This document shows positions 57,615 to 64,000 of a stretch of DNA of 64,000 nucleotides, one piece after another. The notes below the pieces were generated by a model, which was not told where the DNA came from, searched no databases, and saw nothing but the letters and a program-made list of their open reading frames with translations. Source of the DNA: Macrostomum lignano (taxonomy: Eukaryota); contig NIVC01002378.1 in NCBI GenBank assembly GCA_002269645.1, positions 115,541 through 179,540 on the forward strand, written 5' to 3'. Positions within the stretch are counted from its first letter, which is position 1, and each line of letters begins with the position of its first letter. The translations under genes were made by a program, and so were the position numbers.

Positions 57615-58820
57615 ATGACAAACGAGACCACCTCAAGCGAGCGACAGTTCGTCGACAATCTGGAATTCCTCTTCCTGGACTGCTGGAGCGGCGACCCCGA
57701 CAGGGCGATCTTCTGCCGGATAAACACCGCCCTGGGAGCCATGGCCAGCATCGTCCTGCCCATCTTCATGACCGGCGGCTTCTTTGGCAACAGCCTGACG
57801 GCCTACATCTACCTGTGGAAGCTGAGACCCTTGACGCGTCAGGGAGTGTACTTTTCAGCGATTGCTCTCTCGGACAACTGCATTCTGTTCATGACAGGCT
57901 TTTTGTGGGTGTTCTTAGCCAAGGGTCTGCCGTGGATCAGCGGGGCCAAGTACGGATTCTTCATCGTGAATGAGTCGAATGGCGCTTGCAGAGTTATGCG
58001 CTACTTGGAGTCATTGTTCAGCCTCACGTCCAGCATCCTGTTCCTGATGATGGTGATCGACCGATGCCTGAGCGTTTACTTTCCGTTTCGGCTTCAACAA
58101 GTGAAGGCCAAGACCACTCTTCTAGGATGCCTGATTGCTTCGTTGTTCTGCACTCTTGCCGCAATCCCAGTTGGCGTTCACTTTCACTGGATCGAAATGG
58201 GAAAGTACACCGTGTGCTATTTTTTGCTGCAGGGTTGGGAATACACTACGTTTTACGCGTACATGCTGCTGCTGATGTACCCGCCTACAGTGCAGTTCTT
58301 TATCATCCTAATTGCTAACGGGTTCCTCATACACAAGATGCGTCACATCGTGTCGGAGCAAGCTGAGATCCGGGCTGGACAGGGTGACGGCAAGCTGACC
58401 AACACCGTCATCTGCGTGGCCCTGTCCGCCATTCTCATCATCAGCTCCTGCCCTACTGTGGCGGCTATCGTCTTTGATCTAATCCTGACCCTGGCCAGCA
58501 TAGAAATCAATCCGAGCACCAAGAAGCTGGTCTGGGGCCTCATCGACATTGGCCGGATTCTAATTCTGTTCAACCAGTCGGTGAACTGGATCGTGCTGCT
58601 CTGGAAAAGCGGACAATTCCGCGCCGCTTTCCTGGGCGTCGTCGTCTGTTGCGACGATGGTCCAAGTCGCCAGCAGGCACCGCTGGGGTCGAACCGACCA
58701 GCGGCCACCGGCCAGAAGAATATGCCGACTACCTCCACGGCTGGCAAGTCTGATAGCGCCACTGGCGCCCAGCAGCACGACAACCGAGAAGTATGGTACA
58801 CTCGATTTCCTGAGAAATGA
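57615..58820 (+). CDS. Rhodopsin-like (class A) orphan peptide-type GPCR, 401 aa, intronless CDS
   Basis: Seven hydrophobic segments; TM1 GN, TM2 IALSD, TM3 IDRCLSVYFP, TM7 NQSVNW, helix 8 SGQFRAAF; N-terminal NET sequon. A 5'UTR intron 57515-57599 removes the upstream ATG at 57531. Confidence 0.92.
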   Translation: MTNETTSSERQFVDNLEFLFLDCWSGDPDRAIFCRINTALGAMASIVLPIFMTGGFFGNSLTAYIYLWKLRPLTRQGVYFSAIALSDNCILFMTGFLWVFLAKGLPWISGAKYGFFIVNESNGACRVMRYLESLFSLTSSILFLMMVIDRCLSVYFPFRLQQVKAKTTLLGCLIASLFCTLAAIPVGVHFHWIEMGKYTVCYFLLQGWEYTTFYAYMLLLMYPPTVQFFIILIANGFLIHKMRHIVSEQAEIRAGQGDGKLTNTVICVALSAILIISSCPTVAAIVFDLILTLASIEINPSTKKLVWGLIDIGRILILFNQSVNWIVLLWKSGQFRAAFLGVVVCCDDGPSRQQAPLGSNRPAATGQKNMPTTSTAGKSDSATGAQQHDNREVWYTRFPEK

Positions 58821-60449
58821 TTTATTGTTTACATCGCTAGCGAGTTTAGTATGCTCTAATCAGTAATGCAAAGCGCTGAATGGGCCGGGTTTTGCCATAG
58901 ACGAATTCGGTCGAAGAAATCCGGTATCTCGAGAGCATACTAAATGTACTAGCAATACGACAAAAACAGTACACTTGAGAACAATAAACACTTGTTAGAT
59001 TAGAACTGTAGCTGTTAGTTCTGCACTCAAATAGCCACCCGTAATTATTAACAATGTCTGTTACTATATTCTTCGTTAAAGTTCTAACAAACGTTTTATA
59101 ATAGCTATGGAGTGTCCTTTTGAACTCTGAGAATTGTTTGTTTCGTTGTTTCAAAATATCAGAAACGTTACACATTTACACATTCCTACACTTCTATATA
59201 CATGTACATGTACTTCTATATGCTTTATTCCAGCGAGGTATCATACTATCTAGACTATATTCAACATATGCATAATCTAGCTACCAATTTATGTAATTTT
59301 TGTAATAGTTCGACTTGTTTAAAATTTTATTTTGCAAAATTATTAAAAGCTTTAGTTAACTTTTTAAGAAAATTTTTTTTATTTGTGAATTTATAAATAG
59401 TTTCGGCTTGATTGTATTCCTGAACTTCTTTATAACTCTATATGCGTTATTCCAGATACTAGACTATCTATAGACTATATTCATATATTACGCTTACATG
59501 CACCCTTAGTTTCACAGAAATACATACACACAGATAAAGATTCTATACGCATATTTACACACATATTTACCACAATTTATTCGTTTTGTTGAATTTCCTT
59601 GAGGCTTAAGTTTAGCCATTGACCAATGCTCTCCAGTTCTGAAACAATACAAATAGCTTAAAAGGACTATGAAATGTATTGATGTCATCGATGGGGATCC
59701 ACTAAGTCGCATTTAAATGCATGTTCGTTCCGTGCGTGCACAGCCACAGAATGAATGACAGCGGCAAAAGATATTAAACGATTCCTTTATTGGTTAACAG
59801 TAGGAATGCCAAGCCATTTTCCGCCCGTCGAACTACGAATACCAAGAGGGGGGAATATCCCCCCCCCTTGACAATTTTTTTTGCTGCGCCGGAACGGAGC
59901 AACGCAGGCACACAAAATTCAAGAACACGGGCCAACTTTTTGTTGCCCACCTTCTCAAACAAGAATCAAGTCGCCAGCCCTCCAGACCGTCGAGATATTC
60001 GACGATTCTGCCAGAAGGTCGGATTTTTTCCGCAAGCGCTAGTGTATTCAGTACACCCCTGTGCGCCAATCAGCACTGCGCCTCAGTGCAGCCTTGCCAA
60101 GTCTCCAAATTTCATCAGCACGTCGACCACATGTGTCTGCATCAGCTCTGCCTTCGTCAATTGTCAGGGGTGGGATGTTTTCCCCTCTTGATAGTTCTAT
60201 TGTTAAAGTCAATTAAGTCAATTTAAAGTTACATTAAAGTTACATTTAAAGTCAATTTGAAGATATTGTACGCTCGTAAAATAGAACTCAAGCTCCAGAC
60301 ACTAATTTGAATCATCCCTTAAACAAATGACATGAACTTTATTTAATAATTTAGCTTGCTTTATTTGAAATAATGAAATTCCGAAGATCAAAAGGTGCAG
60401 AGAAACATCTTGATCAAGAAACAAAATCCGGACAACCGCCGGAAAAGAG

Positions 60450-61990
60450 GCCGTTTACAAGCCCTAGGTCAAAGATTTAAAGACTGAGCTGAAAGTGCAT
60501 CTATGAGCTGTATCCTACGTTGCTTTTTGGCACCCATGGTGACCAAGAAGACCAAGGAGAAACTGCAAGCGGACGAGCTGAGGTTAGAAAAGAAGCTCTT
60601 AAGCCTATGGATCGACCAGAAACTGACTGCTCAAGTTGCCAAAGACGCCTCAACAAATTCAAGATTGCTGCAGAAATTGGGCCTGGGGTGAGTAGGTGCC
60701 TCCAAAAGAGGATCGCAACGTTGGGTGATGGCTACTGGTGCCTGATATAGCTTTAGACATCACCTAGCTGATCGCTGAATTCGATCGTTTTGCCTGTAAG
60801 GCTCACCGATATTTTAACTCGACTCGAAATAGGCTTTTCCAACAAACGATGAGTTAGTTAGACTTAAGAAAAAACGATATAATCAAATTTGTTGGCCAAG
60901 ACAATTAAGGTTACGGAGTCACTATTTTGAATAGCACTGACTCACATAAGCTTGATCAGATTGTGCGTGATGAACATAAATTCCATTGCCTCAGAGCTCT
61001 TAATGATGTCAGAACGTTGCACCCCGTACTAAAAAGTGATAGATGCTCGCAGACGCTTCTTAAAACTTATGTTAAGCTCCATGTCAGCTCGGAAGCGTAC
61101 AGCGTATTACTCCTGTAGCAGGGTCGGCTTCATGGTTTATGCAAGTCCACATGAGTGAGTACCCCTTGGGACCTATTTTTGGGACCTACTGACCTGGTTT
61201 ACGACAGCCCGATCACCCGACTTTTTCTAAGACCGTTTTTAAAAAGATGCTTTAGTTTGCCACCTCTGATATCTTTCTCATTGGGGCAGGTGCTACAAAT
61301 AAATTGATGGCTGTGCTATGGGCAGTCCTCTTGCTCCTACCCTTGCCAATTTGTGCATGGCTAAGTGGGAAAAGACTGGATAACCGTCCCGTGTGCGCCT
61401 CGCTTTTACAAACGCTACGTCGATGACACTTTTGCCATTTCTGAGAACAAAAAAGATGAATTTTTCAACGCAATCAAGTGCACCCACCCAAATATCGAAT
61501 TCAAGACTAAAGGTAGAGGGAAAAAACTCCTATTTCTCGACGTGAACATTGATGCGAGCAATAACTGGTTCGCGACCAAAGTAGTAAGCCTAGCTTTACT
61601 AGCCTTATGCTGAGATATGATGCCCTCTGCCCGAGGCAATAGATCCGCTGCTTTCTTGAGGCATTTTACAGGCATTTAAGTACGAGCTACATTAAAGCTC
61701 TGAAGCCTAATTTGAACTGTCAGTTAGCTATCGGGGGTGCCATGCAGCCGCCAACTCAACGTGTTCTAATAGGTTGGGGTCTACTCACCCTATTCTCTCT
61801 CTGCGCCTTCTCATTCTAAGACTGACTTTTATTGAACAAAAAAATTACAAATCATGTTATTTTTTCAAATAAAAACTGAACCGACAATATTGATCCAAAC
61901 ATCTCCAAAAGCTGCCCTGATGATGACCAAAATGGTCGAAACGTATTAACACACTTTTTTGAGTTTAGAAAGTTTCATTTTCGTTCTTTC
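60450..61990 (+). mobile_element. Internally deleted Penelope-like retroelement (RT remnant, endonuclease C-terminal remnant, 3' pLTR)
   Basis: QIDGCAMGSPLAPTLANLCM (~61300-61360); FYKRYVDDTFA..HPNIEF..LLFLDV (~61405-61545); IKALKPNLNCQ (~61690-61722); frameshifts throughout. Limits approximate. Confidence 0.85.
61917..61945 (+). ncRNA. Minimal hammerhead ribozyme core in the Penelope pLTR, probably degenerate
   Basis: CTGATGA-T-GACC-AAAAT-GGTC-GAAAC-GTA: conserved core, 4-bp stem II, palindromic ACGT stem III; stem I does not pair. Confidence 0.55.
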
Positions 61991-63639
61991 CTTTATAATT
62001 GTATATACGGGATTTCCCATTTTTATTCACGGATTTACAGCGAAAATTTCACTTTTTCATTCCATTTTAGTTTTACCTAGTTAGCTTAACGGAAATTTGA
62101 AATTTAATTAAACGATCATCGCCTTATTTTTTTCTTAGAAAACATTTTGATAAGCTATCAATCAACTTTTCCGATAGTACAAATATTGTGATAGAAAACA
62201 TATTTGAGTAATTGAAAATGGAAATCTGCTTGCTACGTTCATCCTGCACGCGGTTTGCTTTTATTATTTCATCGAAATCATTGCGAAGCACATCCGGCTC
62301 ATTAAGCCACATTGTCGGTTTGAGCTAAATCAACAGGAAGACGTCCTGAGAAGTCATTTGGGGGCATCTGCCCTTTTCCCGGATCACGTGGCCTGCCATG
62401 GGCATTGCCTCATCGTCACGTCAAATTAGCTCTGTGCATGCGATGCAGAAGTGGACCATTTTATTAGAGAAATATGATCTGATCAACTGTCAATATACGT
62501 CGTGTACTCGTAATTTGTTCTCCACTTAAGTGAGGATTTTAATTCAGTTATCAAACGGATTTTGATAATACAATGGATGTGCTCTACTTTCAAGAAGCTC
62601 GTACATGTCTGCTTTACGCTGAGAAATATAGCTTATTTGCAAGCCATTTGATATTATGAGCAAGCAGTTTAATAACCGTGGGGAAACCCGGTGCTAAAAG
62701 ACAGATTTCTCAGTACTCTAGTGTTACGAAGCGCCTTGTCGACGCCTTTGGATTTTTGACCGCCGAGTTGAGCAGCTCCTCGATGAACACCTGGAATAGG
62801 TTGGCAGTCAGTGTCTGGCTCACGATCTTTTGGTGAACCAGGCCACGATCCGGTGAAACCTCCTGGATGATTTTCATTAACACAGATCAGATGACATTCT
62901 GAGGTCAAATCAGTCAGCCACTGGGCGAATTCCTGCCTCCATGGTGTTTTCTGGCGAGTTCCGAACCACCGGTATTTCTACATCTCTTCCAAGCACTTCA
63001 AAGTGATTGCTGCTTGTCTGCTTGTCTAGGATTTTTATTATCGTGGCTTCACTCAATACCATTCAAGACCATGGTGTTTTGCAAAGTTTTTAGCGTCAAC
63101 AGTGGACTTTTTCGTAGGAGCCACGGTGCTGCATGATCTTGCTCTTCTATGCACTTCATCATCAGTGACAATTAAATGAGACTTGGAGAATCTATTTTAT
63201 AATTTAAGAGTAGTTTAGTTTATTTTCAGAAATAAGGCGCTTATTTTCAGAACCAAGTCCACAAGAAGATTCTCTCTATGCAGTGGTTTAATTAAAGCGA
63301 CTGTTGACGCTGTAACTCGAAATTTGGATACGTTAAAACGTCACACACAGTAAAAGTTCGGATCAGGAACTACGAGTATATGGGCACATCAATTGCAGAC
63401 AATTCCTGACCAATTAGTCACCACTAAAAACGCGAAACGCGAATGTCGGCCAGAGTAATTAAGAGCTCAAACTGGCTGAGCTCCGGCTGATAGTGTTGAC
63501 GACTGTGGACAAGCCAAATCACCGACATGGACACTTAAATGACAATTCTGAAGCGGCTATAGTAGGATGGTGAAAAATTTCAGGATTGAGAGGGTTGAAG
63601 AGGACTAACGAATAGGCGTAGATAAGGCTCAGCTTCCAA

Positions 63640-64000
63640 CTCTTCACTGCAGGAGGTCTCTGCAGTGCGATGTGCGATCAAGGCTGATCCGGCGGCTTCC
63701 CTCCTGGACGCCGGATGGACCCTTACTACACATTGGCGGACCAACGAGGCCGTGGAGGAGTTTGAGCGTTGGTCTGACCGAGGCTGCTGCAGAGCTGTCG
63801 CTGCGTCTCTGTCCCCTCGGCTGCTCCGGGTCGACGCCCGGCTTCGCGCCGAAATGCTCGCCTGTTCTGCGTACGCGCCTCTGCCACCCGACCTGACGAG
63901 GCTCAAGCTAGAATTCTTTGAGCAGCTCTCGGTACAGGTGGAGCCCACGGCGCAGCGTGACACAGTGATAATCCTTGAGAGACCTGAACGTGGTTTTGCG
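63640..64000 (+). pseudogene. Decayed APE endonuclease of a non-LTR retrotransposon (RTE/CR1-like), continuing beyond the window
   Basis: + frame SPRLLRVDARLRAEMLACSAYAP..KLEFFEQLSVQVEPTAQRDTVIIL matches the LINE APE pattern SPRLL..SAYAP..FYEQL..RD..IILGD; frameshifted upstream. Confidence 0.7.

Overview
Animal genomic DNA; the minisatellite-filled introns, GC-rich exons and flatworm-type GPCR suggest a free-living flatworm such as Macrostomum (inference). Five host genes lie on the + strand: a 5-exon CEP63/DEUP1 homolog (29351-33562), a divergent COX18/OXA1-family gene (~36280-37811), a 10-exon meiotic HORMAD with PHD and winged-helix domains and three micro-exons (38137-44607), a 2-exon secreted protein whose helix/loop pattern resembles IL-6/CNTF-type cytokines (54295-55195), and a rhodopsin-like orphan GPCR (57615-58820). 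About 11.3-24 kb is an AT-rich island, almost CpG-free over ~14.1-23.9 kb. It holds nested transposons: a decayed ZMYM1-like hAT interrupted by an intact Charlie-type hAT and a MITE, two more MITEs, and a decayed Penelope element. Next to it are an orphan ORF with a CNOT4-like RRM and a long PTPAS-repeat ORF. Other items: a solo LTR, a tRNA-derived SINE, a second Penelope relic with a hammerhead-ribozyme core, a LINE endonuclease fragment at the right edge, a 499-N gap, and more than 20 mini/microsatellite arrays. All homology calls come from motif recognition by eye; no search was run.
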